Shown here in pieces: positions 1-8,942 of a stretch of DNA of 64,000 nt; position 1 is the stretch's first letter, and each line of letters begins with the position of its first letter. The notes under the pieces are model-generated. The model was given only the letters and a program-made list of their open reading frames with translations. It was not told where the DNA came from and did not search any database. The position numbers and the translations under genes are program-made. The DNA is from a virus, in the IMG/VR virus record IMGVR_UViG_3300010389_000013, positions 9-64,008 of that record; one strand, 5' to 3'.

Positions 1-10
1 AAAGTTTGTG

Positions 11-211
11 TTACTTAAGGACGTGATGGTAGTCTATACTTTTGATGCAGAATCCCGCTGCATTTGTTATCTCTTCTACGAGGTCATCACCATCATCTGC
101 TTCCCAAAATGTGCCAATGTAGTCATCATAAACGTCACCCATCTCTGCCTCAGTCAAAGGATAGAGATCGTTATCAAAATCAAACTCAATCGCTGTTACT
201 TGGTACTGCAT
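11..211 (-). CDS. hypothetical protein, small acidic early-region ORF
   Basis: 66-aa ORF on the coding strand, tightly packed with neighbours. Confidence 0.7.
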   Translation of the reverse strand: MQYQVTAIEFDFDNDLYPLTEAEMGDVYDDYIGTFWEADDGDDLVEEITNAAGFCIKSIDYHHVLK

Positions 212-224
212 CAGTTGTTGTTAC

Positions 225-428
225 TCACTCCTCCAACAGTTCGGGGTAGTATTCTTTGACTTCTTCAATCAACTCAGTGACAGTGTACTTGTCCAGATTC
301 TCGTCAAACTGATCATAAAGGATTCTCATCATGTCCTTGATGTCCATACCATCCAAGATGGTGTTGATATAGTTTGCTTGCAGTTCGTCGCGGTCAATGA
401 TGTTGTCTTGCACAGTCATTGTTGTCAT
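225..428 (-). CDS. hypothetical protein
   Basis: 67-aa acidic ORF co-oriented with neighbours. Confidence 0.7.
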   Translation of the reverse strand: MTTMTVQDNIIDRDELQANYINTILDGMDIKDMMRILYDQFDENLDKYTVTELIEEVKEYYPELLEE

Positions 429-1086
429 TTAGTGTGTGATCAGTTGTTGATGTCGGTCAGGTCAACTCCTACGTTCCCGTCCTCATCTTCAACGAGAACA
501 GTTTCAATATCTGGCACGTCAAAGATTTCGCCAGGCATGTCTTGAATCTCGTCCCACATAGGTCTCGTTTGTGTCAACAATGGTAGTATGGCAGACATCG
601 GGGTAACAATCAAGGGGGTGTGTGCCACTTGTCGGATTGTCACTGGGGCAATCATTGAAGTGGCACAGTACATCAACCACAACAGATTGTGATGCTGTAG
701 GATGACAATCTGTGCCATAAGTGACACAAACTAACTCTGAGTTGTGTAGTCTACCTCTAGTGGTAGACTGTGACAATCATCGTAGTAGTTAGTGTCACTA
801 ACTCCTAGAAGACTATCTTCTAGTAACTGTTCTTGCAGTTCTTGATACATTTCTTCTACAGTCATAGTAACACTTACTATAGGGTACTAATAGTTATACT
901 AGAGATAACCTATTTTGACAGTTTAGTGTAACACTTTTTACCGATTAACCACAAAAACCAGGGAAAGAGTTCATTATTACAACTGGTCGGTAAAATGTTA
1001 GACACAGTTAAAGGTTAATTTCCGAAAAGTACAAAAAACAGAAAACCCCAAGAATCTCAAAAGTTGAGAAACTTGGGTTTCGTCAA

Positions 1087-1413
1087 TTATGCAAATTCAG
1101 CGAAAGTGTAACCGTTGGTGAACTCGTGAACTACCTTGTTATCGCGAATGAACCACTCAAACTGTTGCTGAAACACACCGTCAGTGTATGCATTGCAGAA
1201 CTCGTTGATGATAGCGTTCAGACGAGATTTGGTGGTATTAGACTGCCAACCGCCATCGTAGACAGTAACGAAGTCATCACCAACCTCAGCAATCTTGTTG
1301 CCGTGAAGGTGAACAATAGAGACACCATCTGCAGTGGTGACAGTAGTGTTAGCGAGAGACCAGTTCTTGCCTGCCTTGATAGCAGCATTCATGAGAGACT
1401 CAATCTTACGCAT
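1087..1413 (-). CDS. hypothetical protein, cyanophage early-region type
   Basis: 108-aa ORF (GGWQSNTTKSRLNAI) followed by a hairpin at about 1043-1080. Confidence 0.75.
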   Translation of the reverse strand: MRKIESLMNAAIKAGKNWSLANTTVTTADGVSIVHLHGNKIAEVGDDFVTVYDGGWQSNTTKSRLNAIINEFCNAYTDGVFQQQFEWFIRDNKVVHEFTNGYTFAEFA

Positions 1414-1458
1414 GGTGTGGTTAGTGAAGTTTACGTGAGGGACTGGGGAGACTGCAGG

Positions 1459-1623
1459 TCAGGCGACCTTAGCAGCATCAGCAGCACCCTCAAGTTTGCC
1501 GAGCAACTGATTCAGCACGAGGTCGGTGCTGTTGTCGTCTTCCATGAAGGGGCAGTCAGCAGCACGCTCAAGTGCCTCGGTGAAGACTGCAATCTGCTCA
1601 GCGGTGAAAGTGACGGTGATCAT
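1459..1623 (-). CDS. hypothetical protein (MITVTFTAEQIAVF...)
   Basis: 54-aa ORF read by hand, just downstream of a -10-like element. Confidence 0.6.
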   Translation of the reverse strand: MITVTFTAEQIAVFTEALERAADCPFMEDDNSTDLVLNQLLGKLEGAADAAKVA

Positions 1624-1664
1624 GGTCGGTTGCGTTGATGAACTTAGTATAGGGCAGGGAGGGG

Positions 1665-1892
1665 TCAGCGGATGTCGCCGTGTACCACTACGTCAACTGG
1701 CACACGAGAGACAGTGTAGCGACTGATCTGATGCGAGAATTGACGCCAAGACTCTACAGTCTCATTCACGATGCGATTGTGCTGACGATCAGCACCCTTA
1801 GCAGTGCTGCACTTGCGACACTTGCGAAAATAGATGATCGGGTGCTCAGGTGACTCAAAGGTGTCAATCTCAACCTTGTAGAAGATGTTCAT
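1665..1892 (-). CDS. hypothetical protein
   Basis: 75-aa ORF with AGGAG RBS in the repeated leader. Confidence 0.7.
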   Translation of the reverse strand: MNIFYKVEIDTFESPEHPIIYFRKCRKCSTAKGADRQHNRIVNETVESWRQFSHQISRYTVSRVPVDVVVHGDIR

Positions 1893-1960
1893 GCGAACTC
1901 CTGACGACTTCTATACAATACACGAGATCGGGGGCATTACAACCCCCTGTGTGCCACTTC

Positions 1961-2227
1961 TCAGACCATCACAAGGGCAGGCGACTTCTTGACACTGAAG
2001 GACATAAAGTTGCCACACTCAATGGACATACCCTCTGTGCCGAACTCTTCAACAATCTCCCACGATTCATGGTCTTGTTTGATGATAACAGCACCAGTAC
2101 AGTTAGCATCTGCAACGTGTGCCTGATAGAAACCATAGGCAAAGTTGATGTTGCTGCTAACACTTTTCTCGTTGAAGAACCCATGCTCGCTGTCACCAAA
2201 CCCGATCACTTTGTAGAGGACAGACAT
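1961..2227 (-). CDS. hypothetical protein
   Basis: Start reassigned to MSVLYKV (2227), following the repeated promoter/leader cassette. Confidence 0.7.
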   Translation of the reverse strand: MSVLYKVIGFGDSEHGFFNEKSVSSNINFAYGFYQAHVADANCTGAVIIKQDHESWEIVEEFGTEGMSIECGNFMSFSVKKSPALVMV

Positions 2228-2293
2228 AACGAATTCCTGACGACTTCTATACAATACACGAGATGAGGTCGTCTGGGGGATTCAGTGGACAGT

Positions 2294-2455
2294 TCAAAAA
2301 CTGTCCTCATAGTAGTCGGTTTCGCGTTTGAACTTTGCTACCTTCTTCTTTGACTGTCTTCGGATGTTCTTCACTTCATACCCGAAGTCTTCAAATTCGT
2401 CTTCAAACTGATAGCGTGGGTTATCAGTATCACGGCGATAGTTCTTCTTACTCAT
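2294..2455 (-). CDS. hypothetical protein (MSKKNYRRD...)
   Basis: 53-aa charged ORF read by hand, GAGG RBS upstream. Confidence 0.6.
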   Translation of the reverse strand: MSKKNYRRDTDNPRYQFEDEFEDFGYEVKNIRRQSKKKVAKFKRETDYYEDSF

Positions 2456-2496
2456 TGTCTTGGATTACTTACCTCTAGTTTATCCTTAGGGTGAGA

Positions 2497-2739
2497 TTAT
2501 TTAGTTTCAACAAGGGCACCACTTTGGATCTGTTGGTGTAGAAACCGCCCAACAGATGCTTTAGAATCGTTTAGTTCAATACCAGTGAGTTCTTTACTCA
2601 AACTCTCAGTAAATTCAGTGGTATTTTGACATTCAAACGTATATTCTTTAGTAGTATTGCTATTATACACGATTTTGACAGTATTATCAAGGATTTCAAC
2701 AGATTTAACGGCAGAACTGTTGAAATTGTTGTAAATCAT
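2497..2739 (-). CDS. hypothetical protein, loosely KTSC-like
   Basis: SSAVKSVEILDNTVKIVYNSN..KEYTF resembles the KTSC pattern. Confidence 0.55.
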   Translation of the reverse strand: MIYNNFNSSAVKSVEILDNTVKIVYNSNTTKEYTFECQNTTEFTESLSKELTGIELNDSKASVGRFLHQQIQSGALVETK

Positions 2740-3286
2740 GGTGTGTTTGGCAGAAATGGTTAAAGTTTAACTCTGAAAGAATCTGAAAAACTCAAAATAC
2801 TTAAAAATTAAGATTCTCAATAAAATGAAAATATTGAAAATCTCAATAATCTAGTTTTTTGACTTTTTGAGATTTTGAGAAAAGCGGCAGGAAGACCCCT
2901 TTGCCTCATGACAGTAGTATAGGGTACTTCGGATGGTTTCTGAGGGTTTGTGGACGGTTTCAGAGGTGTCACAGTGCTTCTTGACTTTCGTTAGGTCGCG
3001 TGCTAAGCCAACATCTCCACCGCACCTTACCCCCATTTAATTAACCTTTTTTTATTATTGATTCTCATTAAGACTATCTTATTGAGAACCCTTGCTATGA
3101 CTAACGCGGAAGCACCTTGAAAACCTTATTGATTCTCATTAGCAACGTGTCTTGTCACTGCTAGTATATTTTGCCCTGGGTTGAGATCTTTTACAACTTG
3201 TGCTGCATCTTCATAGTCAATAGCATCTACTACAGTATGGTATCTTACCATGTGATATTCTTCATCCCATGTTTGTACTGAATACA

Positions 3287-3511
3287 TTATTTGAATCCTT
3301 TACTGTTAGTTTGCTTTGACTTGACATCAATGACTTCTACATGGGATAGCATGTTTAAATGATTAGATTGAAACCACACTACTCTGAGTTGTTCGTAGTC
3401 TTCAAATGTAATTGTTTGTTTATCCTTTGTGTGTAGTTGATAGTGATGTCTATCGTATGGTTTATGCGACGTTTGCGTGAACCAATTGTTTGTCTGTGAT
3501 GATGGTGTCAT
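3287..3511 (-). CDS. hypothetical protein
   Basis: 74-aa ORF within the operon. Confidence 0.6.
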   Translation of the reverse strand: MTPSSQTNNWFTQTSHKPYDRHHYQLHTKDKQTITFEDYEQLRVVWFQSNHLNMLSHVEVIDVKSKQTNSKGFK

Positions 3512-3737
3512 GATAGATTGACTCTCTATAACCTAGGTATTCTATTTGATTGTAGAACTGATTGTAAACCACGATGAGAACATGATGTTTCTTATGCATG
3601 GAAACTAGATCATCTGCTTTTGGTTTAGTTGCTACTTCTAGTGTGAAGTAATCATCAGTGATACAGTATACCCAACCTTCATGTTCTTGGTATCGCGATA
3701 CGTATCGTACTCTATCGTTAACCTTTGGTGAATACAT
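3462..3737 (-). CDS. hypothetical protein
   Basis: 91-aa ORF, start coupled to the upstream stop (TAATG). Confidence 0.7.
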   Translation of the reverse strand: MYSPKVNDRVRYVSRYQEHEGWVYCITDDYFTLEVATKPKADDLVSMHKKHHVLIVVYNQFYNQIEYLGYRESIYHDTIITDKQLVHANVA

Positions 3738-4192
3738 TATTTAAAATTAAAGTTAATGTTAGCACGGTATTGTTGATCAGAGCATGTAGTAGAATGATGT
3801 GGTATTTGTGGGTCAAATAAGAGAAGTCTATTTGCCACTGATTCTACTGGTGTGCCATTGACTACAGTGAACCCATTATTTGTGTTCAGGTATAGTATAG
3901 CACCTCTATGTGGGAAATCACCATCTACATGATCTTTGTGATGATAAACCTTGTGAGTACGTGGGTAAAGATTTGCTTTAATGCGATAGAAGATCTTTGA
4001 CTGTAGTATCTCACCTAGGGGGAAGAGTTCTTTGATTGTTACCTTGATGTTGTGTGTGAAGTAGCAATGATCTTCTATGCCCATACCAGATACATTCTCT
4101 TCTATGAACCATGGAAGAGAACGTTCTTTAAGGAATGCATTAACGATAGCGTCAAACTCATCCTGTGGTAGGACATTATCAATGATCTTCAT
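3737..4192 (-). CDS. 2OG-Fe(II) oxygenase-like protein
   Basis: HxD (HKDHVD), distal His (IPHHST) and R in RANINFNF. Confidence 0.75.
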   Translation of the reverse strand: MKIIDNVLPQDEFDAIVNAFLKERSLPWFIEENVSGMGIEDHCYFTHNIKVTIKELFPLGEILQSKIFYRIKANLYPRTHKVYHHKDHVDGDFPHRGAILYLNTNNGFTVVNGTPVESVANRLLLFDPQIPHHSTTCSDQQYRANINFNFK

Positions 4193-4367
4193 TATTGTGG
4201 TTCACATACAAGGTATTGATAATAGTTACCGTAAGTATCTTGTGCTTGACGGCAGAAATACATTGGGTTCTTTGGTTGTAATGATGCGATCTCATTAAGA
4301 GTGATCAATGCAATAGCAAATTGTATGAATGGGAGGACCTTTACGATTGTCTCACGGTAGTTGTTTT

Positions 4368-4592
4368 TCATTCAAATACAGGGATAATATTTGGATTCCA
4401 TTCTTCTCTGACTGCTTTCATGACATGAGTAGGGACGCCATAGTATCCCATATGCATCCACACACAGTCAACATATTCTAGATCTTCACGATCTACGAGT
4501 GGATTGAAAGCATCACAATAGTGGACAATCTCATATGGGACTTGAACTTGTTTCCATGTGATTGGTTCTTCAACATAGTATGGTACAGTCAT
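4368..4592 (-). CDS. hypothetical protein
   Basis: 74-aa ORF, ATGA-coupled to the upstream micro-ORF. Confidence 0.65.
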   Translation of the reverse strand: MTVPYYVEEPITWKQVQVPYEIVHYCDAFNPLVDREDLEYVDCVWMHMGYYGVPTHVMKAVREEWNPNIIPVFE

Positions 4593-4672
4593 TTAGGTTT
4601 TTTCACTCCCCAAGTCATTTCAAGTGCAATAGTAAGCAATATGATGAAAGCAAAGATGAATAGAGTCGTCAT
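4589..4672 (-). CDS. 27-aa single-TM micropeptide
   Basis: MTTLFIFAFIILLTIALEMTWGVKKPK, start and stop overlap both neighbours. Confidence 0.55.
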   Translation of the reverse strand: MTTLFIFAFIILLTIALEMTWGVKKPK

Positions 4673-4782
4673 GGGTTATGGTTCTTATTCTCTTTAATTT
4701 TATTATAGATGGTGAAACCTAGGGCACCGATACCAATGCCAACAATACAGCAAACAATCATGTGAATAAAGTGATGGGTCAT
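4669..4782 (-). CDS. 37-aa single-TM micropeptide
   Basis: MTHHFIHMIVCCIVGIGIGALGFTIYNKIKENKNHNP, coupled overlaps. Confidence 0.55.
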   Translation of the reverse strand: MTHHFIHMIVCCIVGIGIGALGFTIYNKIKENKNHNP

Positions 4783-4895
4783 TAGTTTGGAAAGTACATC
4801 ATAGTAAGAGTAAAGATCACAAAGATCATGACTGTGAAGATCATTAAACCTACACCTGCAGGTATGATCCAGTCAGGCATAGGTTCGTGCTTCAT
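4782..4895 (-). CDS. 37-aa single-TM micropeptide
   Basis: MKHEPMPDWIIPAGVGLMIFTVMIFVIFTLTMMYFPN, TAATG overlap. Confidence 0.55.
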   Translation of the reverse strand: MKHEPMPDWIIPAGVGLMIFTVMIFVIFTLTMMYFPN

Positions 4896-5064
4896 TCGTC
4901 TGTCAGATGATCAGCACACTCTAGTGGTGTGCAATGGGCAGGGTCATAAAGATGATCTAGAATCTCTCCTAGTTCATCATACCGCTTGGTATTCATATGT
5001 TGCAGTGCTTCTGTTTGTGCTTTACGCACAATTGCTTCTACTTCTTGCCATTGACGCTGATTCA

Positions 5065-5265
5065 TCAGACATCCCTCCGTAGTGTCTTAAGGTATTCTAG
5101 CACATAAGACCGAACATACATCAACTCATGATAGCATTTCTGATTATGAGCACATTGACGTAGTGCAGGATCTGGTTTGAGTACAGACTCAACAAACAGA
5201 TCTAATCCCCTATTGAATTTAATATCTTGTGCTTCATCATCAGTAATGCTATTCTGATCCTTCAT
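5065..5265 (-). CDS. hypothetical protein
   Basis: 66-aa ORF, ATGA-coupled. Confidence 0.7.
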   Translation of the reverse strand: MKDQNSITDDEAQDIKFNRGLDLFVESVLKPDPALRQCAHNQKCYHELMYVRSYVLEYLKTLRRDV

Positions 5266-5456
5266 CCGATCTTCCTCAGTATGATAGTATTATCTAGTTG
5301 CAAATCCCAATCTAACATATCACCTGTATTCCATTGTAATTGTTGCAACAATTCTTCAGGGATAGGGAGCAGGAGATCATCACCGTCCTGCTCCAGTGTA
5401 ACAGTATAACTTGTACTTGGGATTGTATCGCTCAATGTATTTTCGGGCATGGTCAT
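5262..5456 (-). CDS. AbrB/MazE-like DNA-binding domain protein
   Basis: VTLEQDGDDLLLPIPEELLQQLQWNTGDMLDW...IILRKI fits the SpoVT/AbrB swapped-hairpin pattern. Confidence 0.65.
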   Translation of the reverse strand: MTMPENTLSDTIPSTSYTVTLEQDGDDLLLPIPEELLQQLQWNTGDMLDWDLQLDNTIILRKIG

Positions 5457-5832
5457 GGCATGTAAACCAACACTTTTTCTTTTCAGTCTGATCCTCTAGG
5501 AAATAGGGGAACGTCTCAACATATGGGAACAGTTCAATCTTGCGACTGTTCGTTACCTTGATTTCCGTAGGTTTCTTCGTTGGTCGCTTGGATGTAGTCG
5601 TCTTGGACGAACTTTTCCGCGTTGGCGATGTCTTGCTGGAGTTCTTCTGCGGTTTGGTTGACTTGGATTCTTTGGTTGTTAACGTACTCAGATTCTGCGA
5701 GAGCTTTTTCTGCGTAGTCACTGATGAGTCGGATGAAGTCTTCCGCTGTCCACGTGTTGAAGATTGCTTCGTTGGGGTCGTTTTCGTCCCACGAGATTGT
5801 GAGCGTACCGTCTTCGTTTTCATTGACTTCAA
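5380..5832 (-). CDS. hypothetical protein, true start uncertain
   Basis: C-terminal FPYFLED...KCWF..H..KYIERY looks like a real domain; K/S/T-rich N-terminus overlaps ORF 5534-5839 in another frame. Confidence 0.5.
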   Translation of the reverse strand: MKSMKTKTVRSQSRGTKTTPTKQSSTRGQRKTSSDSSVTTQKKLSQNLSTLTTKESKSTKPQKNSSKTSPTRKSSSKTTTSKRPTKKPTEIKVTNSRKIELFPYVETFPYFLEDQTEKKKCWFTCHDHARKYIERYNPKYKLYCYTGAGR

Positions 5833-5839
5833 TTGCCAT
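5534..5839 (-). CDS. hypothetical protein
   Basis: 101-aa acidic ORF. Confidence 0.7.
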   Translation of the reverse strand: MAIEVNENEDGTLTISWDENDPNEAIFNTWTAEDFIRLISDYAEKALAESEYVNNQRIQVNQTAEELQQDIANAEKFVQDDYIQATNEETYGNQGNEQSQD

Positions 5840-6173
5840 CTTCTTTACTAATTAGTTCGTATGGTGTCAGTGCTTCATTCAATGCTTCAAATACATTCTC
5901 TTTGAATGAACGATATGGAATGAACAACTCATCATCATCAGTCTTGTATTCTGGGCGTGTTTCTTTGAACTGACGCTCACATTCATACACAAGATTGGAT
6001 ACAATGTCATTGATCACTTCAATGGACTTTGGTGTGATTGTTTCCCATTTGTATCCAGGGAACATATCATCTTTAACACGATCTAGCATTGCTTTCTTAC
6101 ATTGCCATTGATCATCAAAAATGTTGAGAAACTCTTGCCAATCGTCTTGGGATTTGAAATCTGGGATACTCAT
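5829..6173 (-). CDS. hypothetical protein
   Basis: 114-aa ORF. Confidence 0.7.
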   Translation of the reverse strand: MSIPDFKSQDDWQEFLNIFDDQWQCKKAMLDRVKDDMFPGYKWETITPKSIEVINDIVSNLVYECERQFKETRPEYKTDDDELFIPYRSFKENVFEALNEALTPYELISKEDGN

Positions 6174-6315
6174 AGTGCTTCTACCTTTGCTTTTACTGAT
6201 TCGGGGGTTGCTCTTACTTGATACGTTACTTCATCTCTACGGGACAGTTCTGAAAGAATCTCAGCAGCAATATCCCAGAGTTCAGTTGTGTGTCTATGAT
6301 TGTAGGGCCAGTTAG

Positions 6316-6549
6316 TCATTTGTTCTTCTCACAATAAAGGAAATACTTGTATTCAGCAACTTGGTGTGGTGCGTATCTTACTACATCACACTCTTTATAC
6401 TTATCAACCACTTCAAATGATGCTTCATTGATTGGTGTGTCATTCATTGATAAGGCTCCAACGATTAACATAGCAATACCAACAATACCAAGAGTAACTG
6501 CTACACCATTACGAAACTCTTTGAATGCTACTTTGTCATCTTCAGTCAT
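6316..6549 (-). CDS. hypothetical membrane-anchored protein
   Basis: N-terminal hydrophobic helix (GVAVTLGIVGIAMLIVGAL). Confidence 0.7.
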   Translation of the reverse strand: MTEDDKVAFKEFRNGVAVTLGIVGIAMLIVGALSMNDTPINEASFEVVDKYKECDVVRYAPHQVAEYKYFLYCEKNK

Positions 6550-6923
6550 TGCTTTACTCGTTCAAGATAATCTTTACCCTGTTGATACAGATTATCAATC
6601 AGATCATTAATGTCAGCAGTGGGAATACTATCAAACTCATGGTTAAAGTTCTCATACCTCAACGCATCAAGCATACACTCAAGCGTCATTGCCTGTTGAA
6701 ATTCTGGTGTGATAGGTGTGCCATGTGATAGACCAGAGCATTCTGTATTATAGAAACGATTGTAACGCTCAAGGATACGCTGACTTCTTTGTTCATGTTC
6801 CCACTGTTCCTTCTCAATCTCTGCAAGTTTCAGCATAGCATTACCATTCTCTTCATAGAGTTTATCAAGTGCTTCTAATGCTTTTGTTTCTTGTTCAGTC
6901 ATTTTTCTTTTCCCGTCGTTCAT
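6546..6923 (-). CDS. hypothetical protein
   Basis: 125-aa ORF. Confidence 0.7.
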   Translation of the reverse strand: MNDGKRKMTEQETKALEALDKLYEENGNAMLKLAEIEKEQWEHEQRSQRILERYNRFYNTECSGLSHGTPITPEFQQAMTLECMLDALRYENFNHEFDSIPTADINDLIDNLYQQGKDYLERVKQ

Positions 6924-7077
6924 CTGCCCTTTTCCTCATCATAGCATTTTCCTGAATAATCTCACCAAGTTTCATCAGTTCTTGTTTTAGTTCAGGTGTA
7001 GAAGTCTTTGCGACATCATCATAGAATACTGTGATAGCAGTTGTAAGAAGAATCAGTTGTCTGTATGTGAGATTCAT
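6895..7077 (-). CDS. hypothetical protein
   Basis: 60-aa ORF, TAATG-coupled. Confidence 0.65.
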   Translation of the reverse strand: MNLTYRQLILLTTAITVFYDDVAKTSTPELKQELMKLGEIIQENAMMRKRADERREKKND

Positions 7078-7367
7078 TAAAGTGCCCCTGGTCGGTAGTC
7101 TCCTGACTTATACCTACGATACTTTGCTAAATTGCATGGATTAAAGTCAAGCACATCAAAGCGAAGTTCAAACTTCCTCCACCTAAATGTGAAACCAATG
7201 TCACGAGGACCAATGCCAATGATCAAGAATGGCAACCATTCAGGAGCAGGAAATTCATCCCATTGAACTACCATATCAATGAGAGCAAAACGATTGGAGA
7301 TTGGGAGCAGTTGGAAATACCACTCATCACCAAAGTCTTCATAGTGGCAGTAATCAAAGAGTTTCAT
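7077..7367 (-). CDS. hypothetical protein
   Basis: 96-aa ORF, coupled overlaps. Confidence 0.7.
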   Translation of the reverse strand: MKLFDYCHYEDFGDEWYFQLLPISNRFALIDMVVQWDEFPAPEWLPFLIIGIGPRDIGFTFRWRKFELRFDVLDFNPCNLAKYRRYKSGDYRPGAL

Positions 7368-7798
7368 CAGGACACTCCATCAGCACTATCTACCCAATCA
7401 CCTTTGATCTTGGGTTCACTCACAACATTCTCTTTGTAGTGAGCGTTCATCTTCGCCCATTGTGCGTCACGCTCTTTCCACTCCTGGTATTTCTTCTCCA
7501 GGTCCTCATCCATCGTGATCTCATACTCTTTACAGACCTTACGCTGCTCTTCTTCATGCACACAGTCATTGAATACCAATGACATAGCACTGCTACGAAT
7601 AGTAGCAGGATCCATACCTACACAGAGGAGAAACTTTTCAAATAGTTTGAAATATTGCTTACAGTTAAGATCTGCTGCTGGTGCAGTGATGAGATAATGT
7701 TCTTCAGGGATAAAATCATCATCAGTCCAGGAGGATGTCCCATAGGTTGGTGTGAAGGTTGCATCAAACTTAAATTGAACTTCTGCTTCGTAGGTCAT
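7367..7798 (-). CDS. hypothetical protein
   Basis: 143-aa ORF, coupled overlaps. Confidence 0.75.
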   Translation of the reverse strand: MTYEAEVQFKFDATFTPTYGTSSWTDDDFIPEEHYLITAPAADLNCKQYFKLFEKFLLCVGMDPATIRSSAMSLVFNDCVHEEEQRKVCKEYEITMDEDLEKKYQEWKERDAQWAKMNAHYKENVVSEPKIKGDWVDSADGVS

Positions 7799-7998
7799 GA
7801 GTATGTTCGCATGAATTGATCAAGTGTGAAGATGTCGTCGGTCTGGGTCTCTTCTACCAGTTCATCATAGGATAGATCCTTGATAGCGTCAAGGTATTGT
7901 TCTGGTGTGCAGTCTTCCTCTGGGTCAAAATCATCGTGGCATAACCACTCATACTCTTTGACCAATGCATCAATCAGTTCTTGATTAGTGTAGGTCAT
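7795..7998 (-). CDS. hypothetical protein
   Basis: 67-aa acidic ORF. Confidence 0.7.
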   Translation of the reverse strand: MTYTNQELIDALVKEYEWLCHDDFDPEEDCTPEQYLDAIKDLSYDELVEETQTDDIFTLDQFMRTYS

Positions 7999-8200
7999 TG
8001 CTCGTAGTTGTAATAATAAAACAAGAAGGCACGAATGTTAGGAGACACACCAAGAGAGTAGCAACAGTCCAGATATGATGTAAACTCAGACTGTAGTTCC
8101 TTCGTCAGTGCTATCTCCACGATCCTTGGAGAGGTTTCTGATGTCATACAACAATTGCTCTGCTCGTGAGTATTCTTTGTTGGTGTATGCGGTCATGTAC

Positions 8201-8428
8201 TCAAGAATTAACTTCTTGGTCGTAGAGTTCGGCAAGTTCTTCTTCGTCATAGAACAGAGTGATTTCTGATTCGTGATTCTCTGGGTCCATCCACTCATAC
8301 CACTCATCAGCGAAGCAGATAGCATCATCGTGACGATCTTCAGCAATCAACTGACGGAAACGATCACAGACCCACTCACAAATACGGTCACGCTCTTGGG
8401 AGATACGAAGGGCATCAATGTTGTTCAT
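8201..8428 (-). CDS. hypothetical protein
   Basis: 75-aa acidic ORF. Confidence 0.7.
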   Translation of the reverse strand: MNNIDALRISQERDRICEWVCDRFRQLIAEDRHDDAICFADEWYEWMDPENHESEITLFYDEEELAELYDQEVNS

Positions 8429-8718
8429 AGTTTGATCAGGGTCAGTTTGTTGTTGAGGTGGTCGTAAGAGACGAATTCTACGTCCTTAGGCAGTGACTCA
8501 ATGATAGCACGAGTAAACTCAAGTGTAAAGCGACCATGGTAACGCCAGAAGCGGCGATACTCATCACTGTACTGCTCTGCTGTCGTGTTGATGGGAACAG
8601 TATACTCACCACGAGTGTAACGTGCTGGCAGTGGTGCTAACATCTTCTTGATGTCAGAGATGATCATTGGTGCAGCGTGTTGTGGTTTGGTCTTGGTGTA
8701 CTGTGAACGGTAAATCAT
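8425..8718 (-). CDS. hypothetical protein
   Basis: 97-aa ORF, ATGA-coupled. Confidence 0.7.
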   Translation of the reverse strand: MIYRSQYTKTKPQHAAPMIISDIKKMLAPLPARYTRGEYTVPINTTAEQYSDEYRRFWRYHGRFTLEFTRAIIESLPKDVEFVSYDHLNNKLTLIKL

Positions 8719-8942
8719 TTGACAAAGACCTCTTGAGTGTATTCAGTGTGCAGTTGTGCTGCTTGCTTCAGATAATAGCACATGTGTGCCACATAATCCA
8801 CGTCTTCTTCGTTTGGTTCAAAATCGTAAGCACAATCCCAGTCAACAGTGCCGTCAGCATTGACAGGAGCACCATAGAAATGATCACCATCAAGGGCAAA
8901 AGCGTGATCGTCAGCAACAAGATAGAACTGAGGAGCAGACAT
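8715..8942 (-). CDS. hypothetical protein
   Basis: 75-aa ORF downstream of the promoter at 8970-8998. Confidence 0.7.
   Translation of the reverse strand: MSAPQFYLVADDHAFALDGDHFYGAPVNADGTVDWDCAYDFEPNEEDVDYVAHMCYYLKQAAQLHTEYTQEVFVK

Noticed and set aside
731-865. Cluster of short hairpins as an ncRNA
   Set aside because: Covered by a plausible 44-aa minus-strand ORF (MTVEEMYQEL...); stems are short and probably incidental
2851-3036. 61-aa minus-strand ORF
   Set aside because: Spans promoter, palindrome and AT-rich repeat elements; no RBS
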